DNA of 63,781 bases, counting the filler, from Octopus bimaculoides (taxonomy: Eukaryota), in NCBI RefSeq assembly GCF_001194135.2. It is 4 parts of 4 records of this genome, joined end to end, with 100 filler letters (N's around TTAATTAATTAA, not from the genome) between each part and the next. Parts side by side here need not be neighbours in the genome. Positions count along the whole stretch, not along the records: positions 1 to 30,591 come from NC_068981.1; 3 more parts are not named here. One strand, written 5' to 3'. Position 1 is the stretch's first letter. Every line of letters starts with the position of its first letter. Under the pieces are notes generated by a model. The model saw nothing but the letters and a program-made list of their open reading frames with translations, did not search any database and was not told the origin of the DNA. Position numbers and translations under genes: made by a program. Of this stretch, positions 11,560-21,863 are shown piece by piece.

Positions 11560-11780
11560 CTTCATGTAACGTAAAGTAAATACAACAAATAATCCAAAAT
11601 CCTTGTCCGGTACCAGATCGATCGCAAAATTTAATCAGTTCGTGCCAGTCACGAAGCCGAACATCCCCGAAAGCTTCATCCGAATCCATCCTGTGGTTCT
11701 TGAGATATCTTGTCCACGGACAAACAAACAAGCACGACTGAAAACAATACCTCTGCCTTCGCTAAGGCGGAGAAAATAAT
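11560..11780 (+). mobile_element. Helentron/HINE-like element, 3' part
   Basis: Ends AACAATACCTCTGCCTTCGCTAAGGCGGAG, a 3' stem-loop; overlaps in sequence with 10722-10937. Confidence 0.5.
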
Positions 11781-11782
11781 GC

Positions 11783-12333
11783 CGTCATGTAGTACCAGGC
11801 AGTGACTCTCATGGCTTCTAATCTTAACTGATTGGAAGTGTTATCATGTACTTTATTTTGTTTTGGTAGAAAAGATGGGCTACAGCAAATATTCTGCTCA
11901 ATACCACAGATTTGCTTGTCAGTTGTTTGACCATAACCACTTGAGCATATCCCTTAGTGGCTGACGATGTGTGCATCTCTGATATCAAGCAGAAGTAGTG
12001 GGGGAGCATCATAGCCATGTGTTGAAAGGAATTCTTTGGGGTTTGGATAATTCACCTTTGGAAACATGAGTGTTTCATTCAACATCCTTAAACACGCTTA
12101 TTCAGGGACCTTTTGAGCGGGATGGGCTACTCAACCTGACGAAAATTCTAACTGGGCCTCACCTGCAAGGTCATGCGCTGTTTATCTTGATATGAGATCA
12201 CCATGTTGCACACATATGGTTGTGATGCATATGCCTGGTGTACCCTTATCAGACGGGTAGTCATGATGGGTATAGTGGGCTTCATATATTTTACCCCAGT
12301 ATCACTTTAATGGCATGCCCTGCTCTCTCACTC

Positions 12334-12375
<42 letters not shown>
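11783..12375 (+). mobile_element. Probable LINE 3' UTR ending in an (AAT)n tail
   Basis: GC-richer non-coding block ending ...GCTCTCTCACTC directly followed by (AAT)n, as expected of a 5'-truncated TPRT product; clade not determinable. Confidence 0.5.
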
Positions 12376-12376
<1 letters not shown>

Positions 12377-12585
12377 GTTTCAAATTTTTCCTCGGGGGTA
12401 GAAATTTGGGGGAGAGCATGAGTCGATTACATCGACCCCAGTGTTCAACTGGTACTTATTCTATCGACCTCGAAAGGATGAAAGGCAAAGTCGACTTCTG
12501 GGGAATTGGAACTCAGAACGTAGTGACGAGTGAAATACCGCTAAGCATTTTGCCCGGAATGCTAACGATTCTGCTCGCCGCCTTT
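12377..12585 (-). mobile_element. SINE family B
   Basis: Plus strand ...GGTACTTATTCTATCGACCTCGAAAGGATGAAAGGCAAAGTCGAC...GAACTCAGAACG...; (ATT)n tail on the minus strand. Confidence 0.9.
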
Positions 12586-12586
12586 C

Positions 12587-12637
<51 letters not shown>

Positions 12638-12667
12638 TAATAATAATAAGGTTAATGATAATAATAT

Positions 12668-12817
12668 TCTCTACAACAAGCACAAGGCCTAAAATTTTGG
12701 AAGAGGGGTGTAAATTGATTACATCGATCCCAGTGCTTAAATGGTACTTATTTTATCGATTCCAAACGGATGAAAGGCAAATTGGACCTCAGCGGAATTT
12801 GAACTCAGAACGTAGAG
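12668..12817 (-). mobile_element. SINE family B, 5'-truncated
   Basis: Same central motif; (ATT)n tail at about 12587-12665. Confidence 0.85.
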
Positions 12818-12889
12818 ATCGCTTCATGAGGGATCCGCCTGCGTGATGTTCATGTTAAAGAGAGAGAAGCGATAATGTTATCTTGACAT

Positions 12890-13590
12890 GTGCAGTAACT
12901 GTCTTTTTGCTGTTAAAGGGGACAGGATTGGCTTGACTTCATTGGCAAATGTATTTGAAGGAGGTTTTTTTTTTCCATTTAGCGTGACGAGTCTAAATTG
13001 AGTGTCAATGACACTTAGGTACAGAATGTGAGAAAAGAAGGGTGATATTATTTCTGTGAGGATGGGCGTTGAAGAAGATGACATCAAGAAATCGTTGAAA
13101 GAGTGTGCTGCTGGAGCTGACGGAAAATAAGTAATTGGAAGCGTGCGTGAGGCAGAAATCTAACGGTGGGGATTGAATAGATAGAGTGTAAGCCAGAGAG
13201 AGTTTCATATATACTTTGACAGTACGATATGGGATAAACAAGTAATGAAATACGTATAGAACCCACAGGCGAGTAGATTTGACAGCAGATTTACGTGATA
13301 GACACGGTTGAGCTCTTTGCTGATGTCGATGGCAACAACAGTGTTTTCACCAAATTTGTCGGTGTGGTGGGTCTGTAAATGAGTGACATAGGAAAGTGTG
13401 ATCATTAAAGACTGAGATAGGTAACAAGATAGAGAAGATATCACTATTGGATATCTCCATCTCTTTTGAAATGCTGAGAGTGAATTCAGTATGATGGGCT
13501 AACAGATGGAAGGGATAGCAGGGATAACCGTCCTCAAAATAGGAAACACAGCAGCATCATTCCAAAGATTCAGAATGTATTCCTGTAGAG
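12890..13590 (-). mobile_element. CR1/L2-like LINE reverse-transcriptase remnant
   Basis: LSYVTHL...DKFGENTVVAIDISKELNRVYHVNLLSNL matches the RT motif VALDISKAFDRVWH..LL.KL; decayed downstream RT motifs are also visible. Confidence 0.8.
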
Positions 13591-14650
13591 AGAGAGAATT
13601 GAAGACCTTGGCTGTTGGGCACAATGTTGATGAATTATGGAAGGAACATTATGAAGGCGCGTGGTCTTATTGGTTTGAAGCGATCAGAGTTACTTTCGCA
13701 CTTGATGTGTATGCGTGTGTATGCGTGTATGTGCGCGCGAGCATGTGTGACGATGGAAGTTAAGTCCGGTGAAACAGAAATATATAATTTTCGATTAAAT
13801 TTAGCCCGTATATGCAATATGGGTTGTAGGTAAAGATTGTTGTAAATGTGGGAGCCTTCCGACAAGACAATCATAATTGTCGAGTGTGGGAAATGAAGAT
13901 TCTGCTGAATAGGTGCAGTTTTGGGTCGAGAAAGCTTATTGGCTGGGCAATGTACAAAAACCTTCGAGTTTCGGATGATGATCGTTAAGTGCTAAACAGT
14001 TTTAAGTCTAGGTAGTATTTTCCAAGCATTGCAGGTCGGGTTTTCTGTCCAAACTGCTGCATTTTAGCTTGTATAAACCACTGAGAGTATAACAGTTTGT
14101 ATGTGTCTTTTGATGGATATAATTACTGTAGCAAGATACAATGAGTTTAGTCCCAATTAACAATCTCAGATCAAGTTACTTGCCAAAAGCTCAAACTAGG
14201 GATAGTTTAATTAAGTTCTTGAAATATTTACGGACTTCTTGCATGTATCAGTTACTTAATAAACTCATTTTTTCTCGTATGTTATGTTTATGCGTTTTTA
14301 TATTCATATAAGAGCACTACAAACTCATGGCAAGTTGTTGGTGCCCTTCCAGTGAATATTAACTATCATATCAATAGCTAAAAACCCATTTATCAAAAGA
14401 CATTTGTAGAAAACATGGAATCACACTGAAAACAGAGCGCCAGTGACATCACACGCGATGTGCAACGCCGTTATTTTGTCTTTGGGTTCAACAACTACGA
14501 CAGTGAATTTGTCCAGATTCTTGGATACGAGTACGGGTCTGTGTGACTGTGTATAAGCACTTTGGCGTTTTGCACAAAAATATACGGTGCCCTATCACGT
14601 TGTTACATAGAAACTACATACACTCACATACTCACACCCATACACTTTTT

Positions 14651-14690
<40 letters not shown>

Positions 14691-14974
14691 TGCACAATTT
14701 TAAAAAGAGCTACTAATAGTTTCATGCTGTAGAGATAGAATAATTTAACAAATTATATAACATGCCATTTGTCTCCAACCAATTTGTCTGGCTCATTGCA
14801 TACCGTTAAGCCTATTTGAAAATCAAGATGCTGGTTTGTGAGAAAGCATGAGAACGAGAAGAAAATAGTAAAACAGGTTGATGCAAAAAGTGGAACGAGA
14901 ATAAAGAAAAGAAAAGTTACCAAACCAAGATCTTCGTGCTTTTTTCTATATAAACCATAATTAATCTAGCTGGT

Positions 14975-15620
14975 GTAGATTATTGTAACGGAGAGGTGGC
15001 CAAAATCTGTGAGGTAGCTACTGAATCCGAAGAGTTTGGTGTCCCCCAGTTCGACAAAAGAAACTTGACCATATGCTTGCATTTACTAAAAATTTTAGAT
15101 CTGGTATTAAGTGGTATGGTAAAATTCTTGGATCTTAAAAGATTCTGCGATCTTTCAGCGACGCATAACTTGCATCTCTTTAATACATTTATATACAGCG
15201 TTGATTTCTCCATAATTCTCCATTTGATTGTTTGTGGTGTACAGTTGGTCTTCAGATATCATACATGGCTAGCCAACTTAGTGGTTTTATTTTTGTCATT
15301 GCGGTGAAAAGAAGATAAGTGGTTTGCATAATGCTTTCAAAATTTCCATCGGACAAACCGACATGATTTATCTTCTCAATTACCTTGTCTTGGAGCACTG
15401 TTGTATTTTTGGCTTCAGAAACAACAGAGTTTATCAAGTGCATCTGATCGGGTTCTCGACAGTTACAACTGGACGTAGACTCTCGGTATGATTTGCAAGT
15501 GATAATATCCTTCTTAATCTTCCTCCGTATGTTTGAGGGAAAGTATTGTATTTTTTTTCGTTTTTAAGACCATTCCTGTTCATTTTAAGGTGTTGAATTC
15601 TGAGCGCTATTCGCGTTCGC
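14975..15620 (-). mobile_element. Penelope-like element, GIY-YIG endonuclease end (pseudogenised)
   Basis: Across frameshifts: CNCREPD..LINSVVSEAK..HVGLSDGNF....KTTKLASHV..LK.....IKWRIMEKS......KRCKLCVAE......LNTRSKIFSKCKHMVKFLL, the typical PLE EN C-terminus (C.LC..EK; LN.R.E....C.H..KF). Confidence 0.85.
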
Positions 15621-16000
15621 ACATTTTACAATAACAGTTATAAATTGAATAAGGCACTTTTAACAAGAAATAGAACTCGGTTTGCAGAATCTCTGAGCCT
15701 CTCCTTGGGACCTGTGTATTAAATAACAGTAAACTGGTTAGACTGATATCATTTTCAAAATAATTTTACGAAAAATTGCACAAAAATGTATGCATATATT
15801 TATGGATGCATGCGTCATTGCGTTTAGATTTACAAACGAGCGAAAATGAGAAATCGCTGTATTATATAAAACATTTGTTTTCAAATACAAAACACTTCAG
15901 AAATTATTCAACGGCTTCAAATTTTGTACGTAACATCATCAAAGTTTTCCTTTTTCAAAGAAATAAAATTTTGCTAAGCGCTACAAACTTTAAAATTTAG

Positions 16001-16053
16001 GTGTCCATTTAACTTCTGGGGTTGCTTTCCACTACAGAAATAATCATTTGTAC
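16001..16053 (+). CDS. Candidate 53-nt internal exon (G)VHLTSGVAFHYRNNHLY
   Basis: Acceptor ...aaatttag, donor AC|GTATGT; one open frame (phase 1 to 0); the peptide resembles a beta-propeller blade (GVA.....N.LY). No expression or homology data. Confidence 0.25.
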
Positions 16054-16782
16054 GTATGTGTACGTGTATATTGAGCTCTTTTAGCACCAGAGAAATATAT
16101 ACCGGTTGGTGAATACGATCGGATTAATTACAGCCAATTATAATAATAATGATGAAAACACCGCTGAATTCTAAAGTGGGTTACTGGAAATAGAATACGG
16201 TCAGAAAGATCAAATTGAAATTAAAGCAATAGGTTTGCTTCTCACATTCTAGTTATTTTCACTTTGAATATCTGCTCTACGTGGCTGAATGTGATACAGT
16301 TTGGACTGTGTAACCTCACTATTCTTCTTTCTTTCTATTAAGGATTTGATGTTGTTTTATCAAGACTGTATCGAGTTTTACTTAGCCTGTAATTTATATA
16401 CTTTTGGAATAATTACTAAGTCGATGTTGTTGTGATTCGACCTTTCGAACTAAATATATAGCCAGGCTTGTAATCTAACGATATATCTTTATACATTTAT
16501 AAAATATGAACTTAACCTGTATCCCTAATGTAACGCCACAACTTGATCCTTATGTTCCTTTAGTAGAATTTATTGTTTGCAAGCATGCGGATCCGTTCTC
16601 CTGCTTCGAGATAATTTACGCCCATCAGTCTGGAAGACCATTAAAAGTAATACGGACATTGGCCATTCTCTTCTGATTCAACCATTTAAAACAAAATCAT
16701 ATATGTTCAATATTCAGCTCCCTATAACCAATGAAAAGTTACAAAATGCTGCCGTAGTTGTTTTTGTTGATTAGCCATGTTA

Positions 16783-17462
16783 GTTGTTATTAAAGAAACT
16801 GATGATCAAAGATTTTTCAGCCGTGACCGCTCATTTTTGTTCATGTAGTACAACATTGTGCAATGCGTCCTTTCTGAGGACTGTTGAGTGTGATTTGAAG
16901 AAATGTTGTTGCTATTCGTAGCAGGCCTAGAGACTGCATAGAAATTTCGTTCTTGGTTCAGTGCTTAGAAAGGATAACTGTCGGCATTACAGAATTCCGT
17001 TTCATTCCACTACATTTTAAGTTCACATCTCAATGACTTCAATTTTATCTTTCCATTCTTGGTCAATAAAATAAATACTAGATTCGATTAAATAATTAAT
17101 ATATTCTTTCATTTAGCAATTATCTCTATATTTCACCAATAATAAATCAATACTCTAATATAAAATATTTTACAGCAAGTGATAATCTCTCTAAAGGTCG
17201 AATACTCAACCAGTTTGGATTCTTAGGTAAAGCCAAGTCACTTGATCAATACTAGCCAAGCTGTCAGTTATCCTTTCTAAGCACTGAACCAAGAACGAAA
17301 TTTCTATGCAGTCTCTATGCCTGCTACGAATAGCAACAAAATTTCTTCAAATCACACTCAACAGTCCTCAGAAAGGACGCATTGCACAATGTTGTACTAC
17401 ATGAACAAAAATGAGCGGTCACGGCTGAAAAATCTTTGATCATCAGTTTCTTTAATAACAAC
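16783..17462. repeat. Long inverted repeat: 198-bp arms (16783-16980 / 17265-17462), 284-bp spacer
   Basis: Manual alignment gives 196/198 identity between the left arm and the reverse complement of the right arm. Confidence 0.95.
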
Positions 17463-18627
17463 GAAAATAACTTTTGGTCTCGAAAAGCGGAAACTAAATG
17501 AGCCAAACTCGATATTCCCATGGCTTTGAAACAGGGATACATACAACGAGAGAGTCAATCGAGGAAGCATATAGTCAAGGGCATTCCAGCCATGACCATC
17601 ATGCCTTTATTCTGACCTAGCATTGTAGGGTTTGACTTGAAGGAAATCAAGCAGTTACTTCGGGTATTTTGCCCAATCACGTAAAAATTATCTCGTATAT
17701 AAGGATAAAACACTGAGGTAGTTTACTGTTGCCGTTTTCCTCTTTACAGTAGTCAAACAAAACATCTGTCAAATAATTTACTATGCCCCCGGTGCTTGCA
17801 GTGATGGACTATAACTAACTGTTCATTGTATCTCTTTACAGGCCATTGAGATAACCTTTCCACCATTAGAACAGTACCTTTCTGACTCACGCAATTGTGA
17901 TATTATCTTTAACATTATTTTCTTTATAAAGTAATAATAAAATAGGTGTTAGGTTGGTGTACGTTGGAGTTAAAAGATAGAGTTTCTTTTAAAGCTGAAG
18001 GTGCTGAAAAGGTCTCGGCTCATTAAAGTCATCTTCTTCTGAAGTATAATGTTACTAGGATGAAATGCATACACGTGATGACTTAACTAAATTACTTCAG
18101 CTTCGTGTTCTAAATTTTAACCTAGTTAGGTTGTGTATAAAATAACAAGAAATTATGCAAGTTAACATGACATGCGGTTCATATTTATTGAAGGAAGGTC
18201 GTTGGAGTAAAGGTGGATACTAGGTAAGATGTAGGAGATATAGGTGGATAAATATTTGGATCAATGAGCAGCATAATAGGGCTAAGAATAAACCTAGAGA
18301 TTTATTTCTAGTTCGTCAATGTTAGAAACTCTATTCGTGTGCATAGCATCATATGAAGTTGAATAATCATACTTAAAGTATGAAAAATATGGAATAGAAT
18401 TAAATACAAATGATTTTAGATTTGACGGAGAAAATAAAAGAAATATATAAGCAGGAAATAATATATGGAAGACATTAAATGCTAGCAATTTCTTTATTGC
18501 ATGGTTTAACTCCAGTTGAAGTGATGCTTCACGTAATATATTTTGGATTAGTAGACTTTAAATGAGTTCGAATCCCACCAGGACCAACTTTGCCTTTCAT
18601 CTTTCCAACCGCAATGAAATTAATTTT

Positions 18628-18832
18628 GGTTTCAAATTTTTGCACAAGAATTTCGGGGTGGGGATAAGTCGATTAAATAGACCCCGGTGCTCAATTGGTG
18701 CTTGTTTTATCGACCGCGAAAGGATGAAAAGCAAAGTCGACCCCGGCGGCATTTGAACTCTGAATGTAAAGACGGACGAGATGCCGCTAAGCATTTTACT
18801 CGGCGTGCTAACGATTCTGTCAGCTCACCTCT
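18628..18832 (-). mobile_element. SINE family B (with a + strand B fragment at about 18555-18606)
   Basis: TTTTATCGACCGCGAAAGGATGAAAAGCAAAGTCGACCCCGGCGGCATTTGAACTC... matches the family consensus. Confidence 0.9.
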
Positions 18833-19214
18833 TTTCACGATCAAATATCGAAGGAGAATCGATTAAATTGAATTAAAACTTACCCAGTATAATGAGGTCT
18901 TGTCTCAGTATCTCAATCGGAAGAATATATTACTGATATTAGATATTTTCTTTTAAAAAGAAGATGGAAATTGACAGAATTATGTCTAAACATTTTGACA
19001 TTCTCATAAAACCTCGAATGCCATTAAAATGGTGCAAATATGCCCAAAGAAAAGAACGAAAAGGAACCTATACCTGTCACTCCCAAGCTAGTCTGACTTA
19101 GTAGCATGTACCGGGCTTTTCGTTAAATGTTTTTAGGTGTCTGTGTAATAGCAAGCAGAGACACCCTGTCGGTTCTGCCATTCTTCATCCAACAGAAGAA
19201 GAAGAGAGAAGACC

Positions 19215-19335
19215 GCACCTGTACTCGGTTGGTGCTCATTTTAGCGAAATAGACAAGAACAAAGATAACTAAAATGCCTTACTTTAGAGCACAACACGCT
19301 GCCCAACTCGGGAATTGAACCCACGATCGTGAGTC
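19215..19335 (-). mobile_element. Decayed tRNA-SINE head plus CORE-like segment
   Basis: Plus strand ...GCACAACACGCTGCCCAACTCGGGAATTGAACCCACGATCG, the reverse of a B-box and CORE start. Confidence 0.55.
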
Positions 19336-19480
19336 CGTAGGGAATATTAACTTTATTCTTTATCAATGTCACATCCAATAGGTCAAGAATACATTTACCT
19401 TTGTTCTTAAAAGTTAATATGAAATTAATTTTGATTAACTGAACTGTTTATAGTGTTTTATTTTAAACTGCGATGTTAAA

Positions 19481-19550
19481 TTAACTAATGTTTACTTTTC
19501 TATGTTATTCTAGGTAAGTGTCTTCCGAAATATCCATACTGATGGTGAGA
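19481..19550 (+). other. 3' splice site fused to a 5' splice site (TAG|GTAAGT) followed by a 31-nt exon 19514-19544 and a GTGAGA donor
   Basis: Branch-point-like CTAAT at 19485-19489, U-rich tract, AG at 19512-19513, GTAAGT at 19514-19519, second donor G|GTGAGA at 19545; the exon is open in one frame (VSVFRNIHTD). Confidence 0.4.
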
Positions 19551-19774
19551 GTATTTTAATTTTTATACTGTTGCTTCTTCATTTTCTTCTGTTTTTATTT
19601 TTGCTTCTTTCTTTTCTCTAATAAAGAACACTGAGATTTTTTTAAATGTTTTCTTCTTGATAAGACACATAATTCTATTATCTAGAGAAAGGAAAACTTC
19701 ATACCAATATCAAGTCATACGTATTTGCAAGTGACAGCATTTCTTTTACTTCCTAAACATTGTAGTATTTAGCA

Positions 19775-20280
19775 GGCAACCGTCGGTCTCGAGAAGCCAT
19801 GGATCACGCCCGAAAAAATCGTGCTGATGGTGGTGTAGCGTCTTTTGTGGTTGTACAGGTCCATACCGGAATGGAAGTCACGCATACTGTGACTGCATTG
19901 GAAGGAACTGTCTGCCGGCGCTACTGATTTTCCTTCCGTCGAGTGCGTTTTTCTTTGATGGCGAGTTCCTGTTTTTTCTTCCCCTTACTTCATCCCCTTT
20001 CGCAATATATGCCTCCAGTGTGGCAATCATTTGCAGCCTCCTCCCATCTCAGGACGTCCAGATCAAGCGGCTCCATATCCCTCTTACATACATCCTTGAA
20101 ACGAAGATGAGATCATCCTCGTGGTCTTGTGCCGGTAGCCAGTTCCCCATACAGGCGGTCTTTTGGGATCCCGGTCGCACATACATAGTGTAGGTGTTTT
20201 CTTGGGAAAGCTCCTTACGCCTCGCCAAGTGTTGAAGAACATTGAATGTCCCAGAAAAGCGAACAAGGTGCGCCGAGGTG
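19775..20280 (-). mobile_element. RTE-clade LINE 3' end
   Basis: Frameshifted ...FLGH....RIPKDRLYGELATGTRPRG..HLRFKDVCKRDMEPLDLDVLRWEEAANDCHTWR..., then a C-terminal segment and the 3' end ATGGCTTCTCGAGACCGACGG; typical RTE ORF2 end. Confidence 0.88.
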
Positions 20281-20954
20281 AGCGAGAATGATAGATATCG
20301 ATATTTCTCTACCTCCTCAGTATCATTTACTCGATTCGCTTCGAAACGAACTGAATCACCGGCCTGTGACGTATATAAAAATAGTGTGAAGTCTGTTTGC
20401 TGGTATGTTGTAACGTAGCAGATGTGAAGCAAAAACTAAGTTTCGAATCGAAAGTATGTCCAATAATGTAAACTTTGTCGGTCGCACCTAAATAGTGTGT
20501 GTTTTGTTAACACACCAATTTACTGTGAGATAGCGACCTGGGGAAGCTCCCTACACGAAAGCTGAGCGTTAAAAAATATTGAACGGCCCAGGCAGGCGAG
20601 ACAACTCGCCCTGTGGTGAACGAGGATGATAGATATTGATATTTTTCTATCGTTGTAGCTATGTATTATCACTTACTCGATTCACTATATATAAATATGA
20701 AAAGAGTGAAAAAAATGAAAGAAGTGAGAAAAGGAGTGTTAGTTGGTGGTCAAGATAACGTAAGGGGAGGATGGGAGAGGAGTGGGGGATGGGTAGGAAG
20801 AGATGAGAAGGTAAAGAGTGAATAAGTGTGAGTTATGTGAGTAGGGGTGATATGATAGAGTTGCATTAAGGGATGGGTAGAGTAAAGGTATGGGTGGGGT
20901 GATACCAAAGTGAGTAGTAGTTTTAGTAGTAAAAGTTTTAAAGTGAAGGGAAGA

Positions 20955-21372
20955 ATGCAAGGATGTCAACATACATACATATATATATATACATACACAC
21001 ACTCACACACATATATATATACATACGCATATACATACACATATATATGCACATGCATGTCCACGCGCATCCGTAAATGTATTCATACACGCATATGCGC
21101 GCGCATGCATATACATATACATGTACACGCACATACATACGCGCAGGCGCACACGCGCTTACACACAGTCACACGCACGCGCACATACAAGTACTTACGT
21201 ATACATATATACACATACACACACTCACTGATATTTGTATATACATATGCACGTACATATACATACACACACATATATATGTATGTATATATATATATAT
21301 ATACATATACCCACATACATATACATACATACACAAATATACATGCACACACATTTACACACACACATGTAT
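20955..21372. repeat. Degenerate (CA/TA/CG) microsatellite
   Basis: Direct reading. Confidence 0.9.
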
Positions 21373-21429
21373 CCGCTTGCATGTCCACTTCTATATACCA
21401 GTTTCCTCGAATAATGGAACTTTAATTGC

Positions 21430-21830
21430 AATATCCTTATATATTTTACATCTTATTTCTACTTTCATTCTCTTATTTCCTTCTATATTCTCTGTCTCCT
21501 CCTTTTCCATAATAATTCCTTATTTCGAACTCAAATATTTACCTCTATTTAACCATCTCACATCGTCTCTGATGAAGGGATATCCATAATATCGCAGAAA
21601 CAGCTGTAAGACTATATCTATATCTTTTTCCTTATAAATGTCCTGAAAACTCCTCACAGCCTTCACTTTGTTGTCTCATTTTATCTAATATATACATGCA
21701 TGCTAATACAAGACCTACATTAGACTCCTCACTCATATCACTATCGAACCAAGAGTTTAACTACAGTCTGTCCATAGTACTTACTTAGCGTTACCTGCCA
21801 TCCATTGGGTCTTCTAGATACCAATACCAC
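21430..21830 (+). mobile_element. PLE pseudo-LTR-like / retrozyme-like segment carrying a hammerhead motif
   Basis: Pyrimidine-rich block containing the hammerhead at 21565-21612 and ending in (TA)n; the PLE link is inferred from the HHR type. Confidence 0.5.
21565..21612 (+). ncRNA. Minimal type I hammerhead ribozyme (stem II partly degenerate)
   Basis: GTCT-CTGATGA-AGGGATAT(CCATA)ATATCGCA-GAAA-CAGCTG-TA-AGAC: intact core CUGAUGA/GAAA, 4-bp stem I (GUCU/AGAC), palindromic stem III CAGCUG, GUA cleavage triplet; stem II has A.A and G.G mismatches. Confidence 0.72.
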
Positions 21831-21832
21831 TC

Positions 21833-21863
<31 letters not shown>

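Noticed and set aside
14313-14351. Kelch-like peptide STTNSWQVVGALP as an exon upstream of 16001
   Set aside because: AAG acceptor, and its phase-0 donor is incompatible with the phase-1 start of 16001-16053; cannot be supported without RNA data.
17842-17935. Good-looking + strand acceptor (ctaac...tctctttacag) with peptide AIEITFPPLEQ...
   Set aside because: No donor gives a frame compatible with neighbouring candidates, and the peptide is unrecognisable.
18882-18935. Strong minus-strand donor GG|GTAAGT with peptide YILPIEILRQDLIILG
   Set aside because: The nearest good acceptor is followed immediately by an in-frame TAA; other acceptors give stops.
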